Below the pieces are notes generated by a model. It was not told the DNA's origin and searched no databases. It saw only the letters and a list, made by a program, of their open reading frames with translations. A stretch of DNA of 20,000 nucleotides from an uncultured virus (IMG/VR IMGVR_UViG_3300029319_006492). Its lineage: Duplodnaviria; Heunggongvirae; Uroviricota; Caudoviricetes. Every line of letters begins with the position of its first letter. Within the stretch, counting starts at the first letter, position 1. This document shows, piece after piece, positions 1 to 8,930 of this stretch. The DNA lies in the IMG/VR virus record IMGVR_UViG_3300029319_006492, one strand, 5' to 3'. Both the position numbers and the translations under genes were made by a program.

Positions 1-1
1 C

Positions 2-3000
2 AGAAGCGTACATTTCTTTTAGTTTACCAAGTAATCCACCGTCAGCCATGTAGACTACCCCGCCTCTTGACATGCCCATTGCGCCGCCCATGCTGGATGC
101 TCCACCTCCGCCATTCATGGCCATAAGTAATGCAAGGTTGTTTCCTCTTTGGACTGCCGCCCTATTTACAACAAACTCTCCGGGTGTTAGCATAGCAGGT
201 ACTGTATCTGTACCACGAGGAACAAACATGCCTCTATTTGCATAAATCATTCCACCACGAGCTTTCATTATTGGGTCGCCAATATTTGCTGCTTTGTTAA
301 TCTCTCTGTCCATCGTTATCTTTTGCGCTTCAATGACCACGTTTGCAGCTTTTACTTGCATTTCTTTTAGGTCAGCACCCATCTGAGCGCCTTCCCCAAG
401 AACTTGCGCCAATTCTCTTCCTTCTGCCCTGAGAGCTTCTTGTTCAGCGGTGGTGCCAGCCATAACTTGGGCCGCTCTAGGATCTGATATTCCTACGCCT
501 CCCAAGGCTAATGATGATGCTCTTTCCATTGCTTTTCCAGACAAACCTTGCCCGTCAAGCGTTTTGAGTCCAGCACCCAAAGCTCCAGCCCCAAACGCAG
601 AAGCTAATGAAGCGTCACCAGTTCTTAAAGCTGCTCCAGCAGCGGCTGCTTGTTGCTGTTCTAGGTAGCCCTCTATGTCACCAGCCAGAAGACTATCAAG
701 GGCAGATTTTTCTGCTGCATTTTTCTGCTTGGCAATCTCCAGTTCTTCTTGGATCAAACCTATTCTTTGTCTAGTAAAATCTACTAAAGCTTTATTAGCG
801 TCTTGCAATTGTTGACGTTTATCTTCGTCTACTCCAGCAGCATTAGCGAAAGCGGGGCCAACTGCTCTGCCCTGAGCATCTACCGCACCTCTGGCTCTTC
901 CAAGTGTTCCAAAGTTGGCGGCATCTTGTTGTTTAATAAATTTATTTTGTGTGTCAGATAATGCCCTTCTAATGTCGGCAGCATTACCAGCACCAAGACC
1001 TCCGACGCCAGCAGCTCCAAGGCTTAAGTTTGCTTGAGCTACTCTCGCTCCAAGAACTTGGTCGTTTGTTTGTTTTGCTCCACCAAACTCTTCAAATAAT
1101 TTACCTGCTTCTAGCTGTGTTTCTATTGCTTGCTTTTGTGCAGCTATAAATTCTTGCTCTACCTTTAGCCTATCCTGCGTAGCAGCTATAAGCTTGTTCT
1201 CTGCTTCCGCTCTTTTTCTTTGTAGTTCATTAGCCTGCTCCGAAGCGGCTTGAGCAACTGGATCAAGTGTTTCTGACAAGATACCAGATATATCTCCTGC
1301 TTGTATTTGTTGTAAAATACCTTCATCACTAAAATCAACTTTAGAAAATGCGGCCTTTAATCTTTCTGCCGTTTGCGGATCTTGAACATCTTTTAACAAC
1401 GGATCAAGCAAGGCATTTTTTATAGCTTCAGGGTCAGTTGCTCCGGTTTCTAGAAGTGTTGCTTTAGCTGACTCAAGGGCAACGTCAGTATTGGCTTGTG
1501 CAGATTGAATACCTCTGATGGTTCCAGTCGCCCTGCCTATCTGTGCTTCATCTGCCCCTGCCGCCCTCATGGACTCTTCTAAGTCTGCAATAGCACTGTC
1601 CATCTCAGAAGCCGATATACTCTTGCCAGCAGATGTCATTGCATTTTCTAAGGTTGTAGCAGAAGCCGCGAATGTATTGAAACCAGCAGTTTGCGAAGCA
1701 GCAATTGTGTCCATCGTTGCGCTCATAGCAACTGCTGCGCCGGTAGCGTCTCTCAAACCAAAGTTTAGAGATTCTATGTATTTGATATTTTCAAGTGTTG
1801 CTTGTCTTTGCTGATCAAAAACCTTTTCTAATTCATCCATCCTGCCAGAAGCTTCAAGCCCAGCAACATCTTCGTCAGAAAGATTAGATAAGAAATCTTG
1901 AAAGTTTGTCGCTTCGCCACCAGCCAGTGTGAGATTTTTAGCTAATTGTTGGAACTGGGGCTTGGCCTTGTTGAATTCTTCCGTAATTGCTTTTTGAGAA
2001 TCAACCATGCCCTGTGCGTCTTCTTCTCTGTAACCTGCGTCTGTGAGCCTCTTTTTCATCTCTTCATCGGTTTCTAGCTGGCCAGTTTCTGCGCTTGTCT
2101 GGCGCTGCATGTCTTTTCTAACTCTTGCTTGGTTAGCTGCTGCATCTCCAAACGTAGCATTGTCTTCCGCGCTGGCAAAGAGTCCAGTCTTGTCCATCAC
2201 AAGATTGACCGCGCCTGACTCGACTCTTTCTTGCCCCGCAGTCAAAGCTGCTGAGAGACTCTTAGTCAAATCTCCGCTCTTTATTGCTTGATTAAATGTT
2301 TGATCCCCTTCGCCCTTCTTGATATCTGCCAATAAGTCTTGCTGCGCCTTGGCGTTTTTCTCTACATTGTTAGTGTATATTTCCATAGCAGCATTTGCTT
2401 CAGCCTGCTGCTTGATAGCATCACTACTATCCATTCCAAGTAACCAGCCAAACGTATCTCTAAAATCTGTAAACCCTTTATAAACTGCATATATAGGATT
2501 CACTAACATCATAAAGGCTTTAGCTACTTTGCCAAGTACGCCGCCGGTCATATCATTTAAGGATGAGAATACTCCTGAAACAGTATTTACTACCCCTGTT
2601 ATCTTGTCTTTTAGATAGTTAAATGCTTTGAAAATGCTACCAGATATAAGGTCTTTTAATTTCTTAAGAGCCTTGAAAAGCACTCCTATAATAGGAATCT
2701 TGCCAAGGAAGTTGTATATATTATCGATAAGGTTATTGAAGGATTTGCCAAGCCCCACTACGAACTTACCTATACCAACCACGGCTTTCTTTAAGAGCGT
2801 GGGGCCGAGAGTTATAAGCTTTGGAATTAATCCAACTATAGCTCCAACTACAGCACCAATTGCTGCGCCAAGCGCAGTTCCTGCTCCGGGTATAACGCTA
2901 CCCAAGACACCGCCAATAACACCACCGGCTGCTGTGGTTGTCATTGCAAGTTTATTTAAGCTCTTTTGATTTGTCTCTCTTAGTTTTGCTTCACCGGCAG

Positions 3001-6000
3001 CTTTTATATTCCCTTCTTCAACTTGTTTTTGATACTCACCATTAACACCGGCAAGAGCGTCCATAGCGGCTGTGGCGCCATACACTGCGGCTGTCATCGC
3101 TGCTGTTGGTGCTGCAACACTAGCTAAGGCACTGGCAGCAGCTCCGGCTCCTGATCCTAATGCCGCTCCAACTCCGCCAGACAATGCGCCTCCCGCGCCG
3201 GTTGCTGCCCCGCCAGCGGAACTAAGTAAACCGCCAGCTTTGGCTGCTAATCCACCCTTGCTCGCTAAATTGGCTCCCATAGAAGATAGTTTGCCGCCCG
3301 CACCTGACAAGCCCGTACCAATCTTGCCAAGCCCCCCTGTGATTTTACTTCCAAGTCCTTTTCCTCCGCCGGTAAACAAATCCATAGCATTTTGAGCGGC
3401 CAACTTAGCAGTCTGAAGATCTAACTGAATACCAAACACAGATAACGCACCGGCAGCAAGAGTAACCATAGATACCATTTGTGTTATGCCGCCAATCGCC
3501 ATATCAAAGCCCTTGGCAATAGCACTACTATTTTCATCTATAGTGGGTCTTAGCGCGTTAAGCGCAGTCGAAACCCCTACAACAGTCATTGCCATTTTTT
3601 CGAATGGCCCTACAAGCGCATTGGCTGGCATACCGCTTGCAGATCCGGCTTTGCCACCATTGTTGAATCCTACCCAGCCTCCTTTGGCAAAACCTTGAAC
3701 GCGACCACTTTTATTCATAGCGTTAAGGTTGGAATCACCAATCTGTTGTGCAGCACTTTTATTTAGTACAAACTCGCCGGGAGTAAGAAGCGCAGGAACC
3801 GTGTCGGATACACCACCACCTTTGGCAAACGCTTTAATTCCTTTTATATAGTCTTCTCGAACTATACCTTTGTTTAAATCATTATTATATTTTTTAAGTA
3901 TTGCTTTAGCTGTTGGTTCATTAGCTTCTGGTTTTGCATCGGCGGAGCCTGTTGCAATAATATCACCATAAAACTTCTTCATCTGTGCGCCAGCGCTGCT
4001 TACGTCAGGAAAGTCAAACGAAGTATCACCACCAGCAACCTCGGCCCCAGTTAGTGCAGCGACCATTCCTTCTTGAATGTAACCGCTTATGGTTTGAATT
4101 GCAGATGTTTCATTTTTAGCATCTCCAATCAAATTTTCTCTAATTGAAGCTTCGGCTGTTGAACTGTCGATAGTTATTGGTCCAAGGTTTTTCGCGTCTA
4201 GATAATCCCTAACGGCACCTTCTCCGAGTACGCTATTAATGGTATTTTCTAGATTTGATCTTGCTTTATCTTTTATGGATTTTTCAACTTTACTGGTAAA
4301 AGAGCTATCTTCTCTGTCGCCAAAAGTCATGGTTGCTACTGAGCCAGCCAATCTTAGTGGAACATTAGCGGTCTCAGCACCTGAAGACTGCCCTAAAATA
4401 CCCTCCAGTTCTTTTTTTAGATCAGCTTCACTTGAAAATCTACCATCTTTGCCAAGGGTCTTTGCTTTTTTTAGATTGGTAATTAACGCCTTGCTTGGAT
4501 TACCATTGTCGTCAACGAGTCTGGATGAACCGAGCATTGGATTGTTAACACCGGGAGGGTTTAAATATGCATATTGCCCACCCTTGTTGAAATCGGCTTT
4601 TGAGAGACCGAGGTTGGCCATAGCTTCTGCTTGCGCTTTACCGCCTCCGGCTCTACCAAGCTGACCAAAACCTTGTAATCCAGCCGCTGCACCTTTTACA
4701 AAAAGAGATTCCGAAAGACCGCCTTTTCTAGCTAGCGCCTTGACAGCAGATACCTTGGTAAGATGTGATGTACTAGTCTTGGTGCCTCCCGGTTCAATAC
4801 CGGTGGTTATGCTACCTTCACTACCTTGCTGAGGTCTCAGATAAAAACCTCCTAATGTATTATCTTTAAGCTCAACAACCATCCCGCCTTTTGCATAACC
4901 TTTAGCGTTCATCGCCGCCAGCTTGTCTGTGCCAATTTTATTAGCACTAGACTTTTTTATCACAAATTCTCCGGGTTGCAGCATGGCGGGAACGGTGTCT
5001 CTATTGCCTGTCCCCGGAACAACGCCGCCTCGATTGAAAGCTAGAATTTTGCCACCCTGAGCTTTTCTTTTTGGGTCAAGGCTTGCGGCACCTCTGATAG
5101 CGCCACCAAAACCAGCGGCAAAATTACCTAGACCCTTGGCAAGCTTTATACCAGCAAATACTGTAATCAAGGGGATGAGTGGCTTGATAGCATCAGCGAC
5201 TTTTATCAAGGCGGATGCTAGACCAAGAGAGGTTTTAACTAAGGCTTGAAATGTGCCAGTATTAGAGATGCTTTGTATTAGCTCTGCAAACTCAGCTTTT
5301 ACTTTTGCGATTTGTGTAGCGAGTGCAATTTGAGCTTTAGCGGCGTCTTCTGTTAGACTGTTACCGCCATCAACAGCAGCCTGCCTTGCTCGTTCGGCTA
5401 GCTCAAACTCTTTAAGCAAAGGAATGACTTTACCGATTTGACGGAATCCACCAAGCTCTTCAGCTATTTTAACAAACCTAATGTCACGCTCACCTAATCC
5501 AGAAAGCGCCTCATTTAATCTTCTGATGGCTTCAAACGGACCAACGAACTTACCGTCTAGATCTTGTAGTTCAACTCCGTACTGTCTCAAAAACTCAATC
5601 GTCTTTGGACGTTGAATACGAGTGAAGATAGTACGCAAACCAGTCGCAATGCTTTCGGAGCTTTCACGAGTCGTAGCACGAACAGATGTGAATATACCAA
5701 GGAACTCTTCTAGCGTACCTCCGGCTTCTTTAAACACACCACCAGTACGGCGGACAGCACCAATAAGGTCTCCAGACTCAACAGCAAACTGCCCAGCTAC
5801 AGCATTAATGGAACCTAACTGGTTTTCTAAAGCTCCAACACCCTGTTTGAACTGCGCCAAAATAGCAATAGCGCCTTCAGCGGTCTCGGTTATGTTTTCA
5901 AACGTTGGAGCGAGAGTGGTCTTTGCAAGAGCTGCCAGAGCTACGTCAAGCTCTTTAGCCTTGATACCAGCCTGAGAAAGAATTCTTGTAGTAGAAAGAA

Positions 6001-6424
6001 GTTCTTTAGAATTAACACCAAGCGTTTTGGAGAGATTAAAGATAGTTCTCTCAAGACCTTGGAGGTCTTTCATTGTCTTTCCAGTAACCTGAGAGATTTT
6101 AACCATCTCTCTCTGGAAATCAATAGCTTCGTCAACAGCGTTGGCTAATGTATTTGTGAATAAACTTACAGCTCTACTGGCTACAGTAAAGGCGGCAAAT
6201 CTCTTGAAGGCCAAACCAAAACTTTTACCCATGTTCTGAGCTTGGCTAGAAGCTTCTTTTACAGATCTAGTAACCTGATCGACTTGCCTTTTAGCCTGTG
6301 CAGCACCCTTCACCTCGACAGGTATATTGATTCCGCTTAATTGTTTGCGTAAATCAGATATAACCTGTCGGGTGTTCTTAGGGGATTGTAATTTTAATTG
6401 TGCAGTCAGTACAAATTTTGACAT
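2..6424 (-). CDS. Tail tape measure protein (TP901-type N-terminal core), >=2141 aa, 3' end outside the window
   Basis: Manual translation from ATG at 6424: MSKFVLTAQLKLQSPKNTRQVISDLRKQLSG...AIDFQREMVKISQVTG...INAVAGQFAVESGDLIGAVRRTGG...RESSESIATGLRTIFTRIQ, a typical TP901-family TMP core. The same frame is open at the window edge (...YMADGGLLGKLKEMYAS). Its absence from the ORF track is consistent with no in-frame stop. Ala/Gly-rich helical composition; lies downstream of the tube and chaperone genes. Confidence 0.93.
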   Translation of the reverse strand, partial: MSKFVLTAQLKLQSPKNTRQVISDLRKQLSGINIPVEVKGAAQAKRQVDQVTRSVKEASSQAQNMGKSFGLAFKRFAAFTVASRAVSLFTNTLANAVDEAIDFQREMVKISQVTGKTMKDLQGLERTIFNLSKTLGVNSKELLSTTRILSQAGIKAKELDVALAALAKTTLAPTFENITETAEGAIAILAQFKQGVGALENQLGSINAVAGQFAVESGDLIGAVRRTGGVFKEAGGTLEEFLGIFTSVRATTRESSESIATGLRTIFTRIQRPKTIEFLRQYGVELQDLDGKFVGPFEAIRRLNEALSGLGERDIRFVKIAEELGGFRQIGKVIPLLKEFELAERARQAAVDGGNSLTEDAAKAQIALATQIAKVKAEFAELIQSISNTGTFQALVKTSLGLASALIKVADAIKPLIPLITVFAGIKLAKGLGNFAAGFGGAIRGAASLDPKRKAQGGKILAFNRGGVVPGTGNRDTVPAMLQPGEFVIKKSSANKIGTDKLAAMNAKGYAKGGMVVELKDNTLGGFYLRPQQGSEGSITTGIEPGGTKTSTSHLTKVSAVKALARKGGLSESLFVKGAAAGLQGFGQLGRAGGGKAQAEAMANLGLSKADFNKGGQYAYLNPPGVNNPMLGSSRLVDDNGNPSKALITNLKKAKTLGKDGRFSSEADLKKELEGILGQSSGAETANVPLRLAGSVATMTFGDREDSSFTSKVEKSIKDKARSNLENTINSVLGEGAVRDYLDAKNLGPITIDSSTAEASIRENLIGDAKNETSAIQTISGYIQEGMVAALTGAEVAGGDTSFDFPDVSSAGAQMKKFYGDIIATGSADAKPEANEPTAKAILKKYNNDLNKGIVREDYIKGIKAFAKGGGVSDTVPALLTPGEFVLNKSAAQQIGDSNLNAMNKSGRVQGFAKGGWVGFNNGGKAGSASGMPANALVGPFEKMAMTVVGVSTALNALRPTIDENSSAIAKGFDMAIGGITQMVSMVTLAAGALSVFGIQLDLQTAKLAAQNAMDLFTGGGKGLGSKITGGLGKIGTGLSGAGGKLSSMGANLASKGGLAAKAGGLLSSAGGAATGAGGALSGGVGAALGSGAGAAASALASVAAPTAAMTAAVYGATAAMDALAGVNGEYQKQVEEGNIKAAGEAKLRETNQKSLNKLAMTTTAAGGVIGGVLGSVIPGAGTALGAAIGAVVGAIVGLIPKLITLGPTLLKKAVVGIGKFVVGLGKSFNNLIDNIYNFLGKIPIIGVLFKALKKLKDLISGSIFKAFNYLKDKITGVVNTVSGVFSSLNDMTGGVLGKVAKAFMMLVNPIYAVYKGFTDFRDTFGWLLGMDSSDAIKQQAEANAAMEIYTNNVEKNAKAQQDLLADIKKGEGDQTFNQAIKSGDLTKSLSAALTAGQERVESGAVNLVMDKTGLFASAEDNATFGDAAANQARVRKDMQRQTSAETGQLETDEEMKKRLTDAGYREEDAQGMVDSQKAITEEFNKAKPQFQQLAKNLTLAGGEATNFQDFLSNLSDEDVAGLEASGRMDELEKVFDQQRQATLENIKYIESLNFGLRDATGAAVAMSATMDTIAASQTAGFNTFAASATTLENAMTSAGKSISASEMDSAIADLEESMRAAGADEAQIGRATGTIRGIQSAQANTDVALESAKATLLETGATDPEAIKNALLDPLLKDVQDPQTAERLKAAFSKVDFSDEGILQQIQAGDISGILSETLDPVAQAASEQANELQRKRAEAENKLIAATQDRLKVEQEFIAAQKQAIETQLEAGKLFEEFGGAKQTNDQVLGARVAQANLSLGAAGVGGLGAGNAADIRRALSDTQNKFIKQQDAANFGTLGRARGAVDAQGRAVGPAFANAAGVDEDKRQQLQDANKALVDFTRQRIGLIQEELEIAKQKNAAEKSALDSLLAGDIEGYLEQQQAAAAGAALRTGDASLASAFGAGALGAGLKTLDGQGLSGKAMERASSLALGGVGISDPRAAQVMAGTTAEQEALRAEGRELAQVLGEGAQMGADLKEMQVKAANVVIEAQKITMDREINKAANIGDPIMKARGGMIYANRGMFVPRGTDTVPAMLTPGEFVVNRAAVQRGNNLALLMAMNGGGGASSMGGAMGMSRGGVVYMADGGLLGKLKEMYAS
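35..5065 (-). repeat. Three dispersed protein-level modules in the TMP (xxGG...DTVPA[ML]LxPGEFV...AMN...xxGG) at ~4877-5065, ~3653-3832 and ~35-265
   Basis: Cores: DTVPAMLQPGEFV (4961-4999), DTVPALLTPGEFV (3767-3805), DTVPAMLTPGEFV (170-208). Each is flanked by several (F/Y/K/M)xxGG motifs. Confidence 0.95.
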
Positions 6425-6470
6425 CTTATTTCTCTGTAAGTGATGACCACACTATCTAAAGCTATCCGTT

Positions 6471-7355
6471 TTATTCAGTTTCTACTTGTTCAGTTTTCTT
6501 TGCAGTGGTTTTCCTAGTCGTTCTTTTCTTTCTTGGTTTAGGTGCTGGTTTTTCTTCGGCTTCTTCGTAAAGATCGTTCTCGTATTCGACCATTTCGTAG
6601 AGTCCGTCTTCGTCTATTCTATTGCCGTCAATATCTACTCTATGACCATCATCATCTAAGTAATGGCCTAGTTCATTAATTCTTCTGCCTTCTGGGTCTA
6701 CAGTCTCTTTGGTTTTGGGATCAATTAATTGTCCATTATTATTGACCAAGTTATGCTGTTTAAGAAAAGCGTTCTCTGGTAGCTTGTCTTCAAAGTCGCT
6801 ATCAAGGTCGTAAATCATTCTTGCCAACAGTTGAGCTGATGTAACAGCAACTCTAGATGAACCTCTATTATTGTAATCTTCGTAAGAAGGGAATAAGGGT
6901 TGATCTGTATCACCGTTGTACGAACATTTATACACTAAAAAGTCAAAACGAGCATTATCCGCTAATGACTCTGCGGTGTTATCATCTGCCGCTAATCTTT
7001 CGGAAATTAAATCTCTTAACTCTATTCTTTTTTTCCTCATTTCTATAGCAATATCTCTACCGTCCGATAGTTTGGGGGCGGCTTTTCCATCCCCCCTGTA
7101 AAGCCTCTTTTCTAGCTCTAAAATTTCTTGAGTTAGTCTAGCTTCTACTTTACTTTTCTCTTCGCTCCAAATACCTCTCTCTACCATTATCTTTTCTACC
7201 TCGGCTTTGGTCATGACCCCTTCTCTAAAGGCTTTGTTCCAAGCTTTGGCTTTATGTATGTCTGCTTCTTTTAGTTGATCATTTGTAGGTTTCTTGACAA
7301 CCACGTTAATGGTTGATCCGTCTTCTGTAACAACAGCTTCTTGAAATTTACTCAT
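6471..7355 (-). CDS. Putative tail assembly chaperone, paralog B (294 aa)
   Basis: Charged helical protein directly upstream of the TMP; AGGAGG upstream; N-terminal half similar to the 7728-8783 product. Function inferred from position only. Confidence 0.55.
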   Translation of the reverse strand: MSKFQEAVVTEDGSTINVVVKKPTNDQLKEADIHKAKAWNKAFREGVMTKAEVEKIMVERGIWSEEKSKVEARLTQEILELEKRLYRGDGKAAPKLSDGRDIAIEMRKKRIELRDLISERLAADDNTAESLADNARFDFLVYKCSYNGDTDQPLFPSYEDYNNRGSSRVAVTSAQLLARMIYDLDSDFEDKLPENAFLKQHNLVNNNGQLIDPKTKETVDPEGRRINELGHYLDDDGHRVDIDGNRIDEDGLYEMVEYENDLYEEAEEKPAPKPRKKRTTRKTTAKKTEQVETE

Positions 7356-7722
7356 CTTCCTGTTTTCCTCCTGTAGGTGGTATTACCGGTATATTCATGC
7401 TGTATTTTAGCCATTTGACTTCATACTGGTTTAGTTCCGCATCCACGTTTCTTGCTTGCGTGTTGCCTTTGTCCAATATTTCGGACCTGACTTTCTGAAA
7501 CAGTTCATACATGAACTTCTTTTCTTCTGTCATTTCCGAGTCAGTCGCAGACCATAAAAACGAAAAGTGATCTTCGATTGAAGAAATAGCACCTATCATT
7601 GTGGTTTCAACTTTCTTTTTTAAAATCTTAGAAAGTCTATCCTTTGAATCGTACTTGTATTTCTCAGTTCTCGCTTCCTTGTACTGTGACTTTTTTCTTA
7701 TAAACTCGTCAAAATTATCCAT
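7348..7722 (-). CDS. Hypothetical protein (124 aa from ATG 7722; ORF track start 7731), possibly tail-assembly related
   Basis: AGGAG lies about 9 nt before ATG 7722. The gene packs against or overlaps both neighbours and has a charged helical composition. Confidence 0.7.
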   Translation of the reverse strand: MDNFDEFIRKKSQYKEARTEKYKYDSKDRLSKILKKKVETTMIGAISSIEDHFSFLWSATDSEMTEEKKFMYELFQKVRSEILDKGNTQARNVDAELNQYEVKWLKYSMNIPVIPPTGGKQEDE

Positions 7723-7727
7723 CTTGA

Positions 7728-8783
7728 TCATCTCCTAAATTTATTTTTGTACATCTCGTTTTGCTGTGACCTAATCTTAAGCTGCTGATCTTGGAAGTCA
7801 AGATCTGAAGCTTGTCCTTGGTCTTGTATAACAGCCATTCTCTGTTTCTTAACAGCTTGAGAATGTAAAGAGTTCGTTTCGTTTATCTTCTTAGCACTAT
7901 CTTCATTGTCAGCAAACACGAAAATTTCCGCTGATTGCGATATTTTCTGGTTGTTTGTTTGATTGCTAATTTCTTGTTCCGCCTTGTCTTTTTCTCTTTT
8001 CTTTCTTTGCACTATGAACCATCCGTCTAGCATGTCGTCGTCTTCTATTACATCGTCCGTTGGACACTCCATCGACTCGTAAACGTTGTCATACATTCTA
8101 GACCAAATCATTAAATTTTTTTGATCTACAGTAAGTTGGTGTTCCATGTTATTTGCAAACAAATTAAAGACTTTAGCTTCATTCATTACCCAAAGGCTTC
8201 TCCAAGGCTCATTTCTAGCTATTTCTCTAATCGCAGATTCGCTTAGTAATTGCATACCATATAGTTTTGCGATATGATCAACTGGAACTTTTTCGTAGTC
8301 GTATAACTGTTCTTTTCCGTCTTTTGAGTGATAGCAACACATACCCATAAAAGCTTTTATCTTTTCTAATTGCGTTATACCCTCACATGAGTTTTCCGAG
8401 TAAACGTGCTTTTGTTGTAGCACTTCGTTTAGCTGTTTTTTCCCCGCTTTTAAATATGTTCTTATTTGAGAGCAAAGCTTCTTCGTGTTTTTATTTTGAA
8501 AAAGCTCTACCTTTAATCTGTCTATATCTTTTTGTAATCCCTCTATTTTATCGTCATCTTCTTTAGACCACAAACCTCTTTCTCTCATTTCATTTAACAA
8601 TTCTTCTTCTGTTAGAAAGCCGTCATTTTGAGCCTTTCTGTAGAAACCCAATGTCTTTTCTTGTAATTCTAAATCTTGCTCTAGCGTTAACGGTCTTATC
8701 TTTAAAAGAACATCGTCAAATGTTATCCTGTATATTCCACTCCTTATCCTAGATGTAAAATACTCCCGCTCATGCTGTTTCAT
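7728..8783 (-). CDS. Putative tail assembly chaperone, paralog A (351 aa)
   Basis: First gene after the tube gene; GAGGT SD; shares KAxxxGxxTxxExxxxMxERGxWSxE with the 294 aa protein. Confidence 0.55.
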   Translation of the reverse strand: MKQHEREYFTSRIRSGIYRITFDDVLLKIRPLTLEQDLELQEKTLGFYRKAQNDGFLTEEELLNEMRERGLWSKEDDDKIEGLQKDIDRLKVELFQNKNTKKLCSQIRTYLKAGKKQLNEVLQQKHVYSENSCEGITQLEKIKAFMGMCCYHSKDGKEQLYDYEKVPVDHIAKLYGMQLLSESAIREIARNEPWRSLWVMNEAKVFNLFANNMEHQLTVDQKNLMIWSRMYDNVYESMECPTDDVIEDDDMLDGWFIVQRKKREKDKAEQEISNQTNNQKISQSAEIFVFADNEDSAKKINETNSLHSQAVKKQRMAVIQDQGQASDLDFQDQQLKIRSQQNEMYKNKFRR

Positions 8784-8833
8784 GCAACAAACCTCATGGC
8801 GGGAGCTTTTATTTTGTACATAGTAGTCCTTCC

Positions 8834-8890
8834 AAAAAATTACAACCCCACTTGCCTGTCCTAATATTAGCTATCGCTACGGTTGTAATT
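8834..8890 (-). terminator. Stem-loop with U-tract downstream of the tube gene (possible terminator or attenuator)
   Basis: mRNA sense reads AATTACAACC-33 nt-GGTTGTAATT-TTTT, a perfect 10 bp inverted repeat (8838-8847 / 8881-8890). The long loop is atypical for an intrinsic terminator. Confidence 0.45.
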
Positions 8891-8930
8891 AAGTCCACCA
8901 GTGAATAATCACTCCACTAGTCTGTAACTA

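Noticed and set aside
3653..5065. Intein or homing-endonuclease insertion in the TMP
   Set aside because: No intein terminal motifs (C/S start, HN-C/S/T end) and no LAGLIDADG or HNH signature in the translated segment.
7600..7745. Programmed -1 frameshift at in-frame A_AAA_AAG sites in the 124 aa gene, or at the 351/124 aa junction
   Set aside because: The -1 frames hit TGA within a few codons, and the -1 frame upstream of the junction is closed by TAA and TAG.
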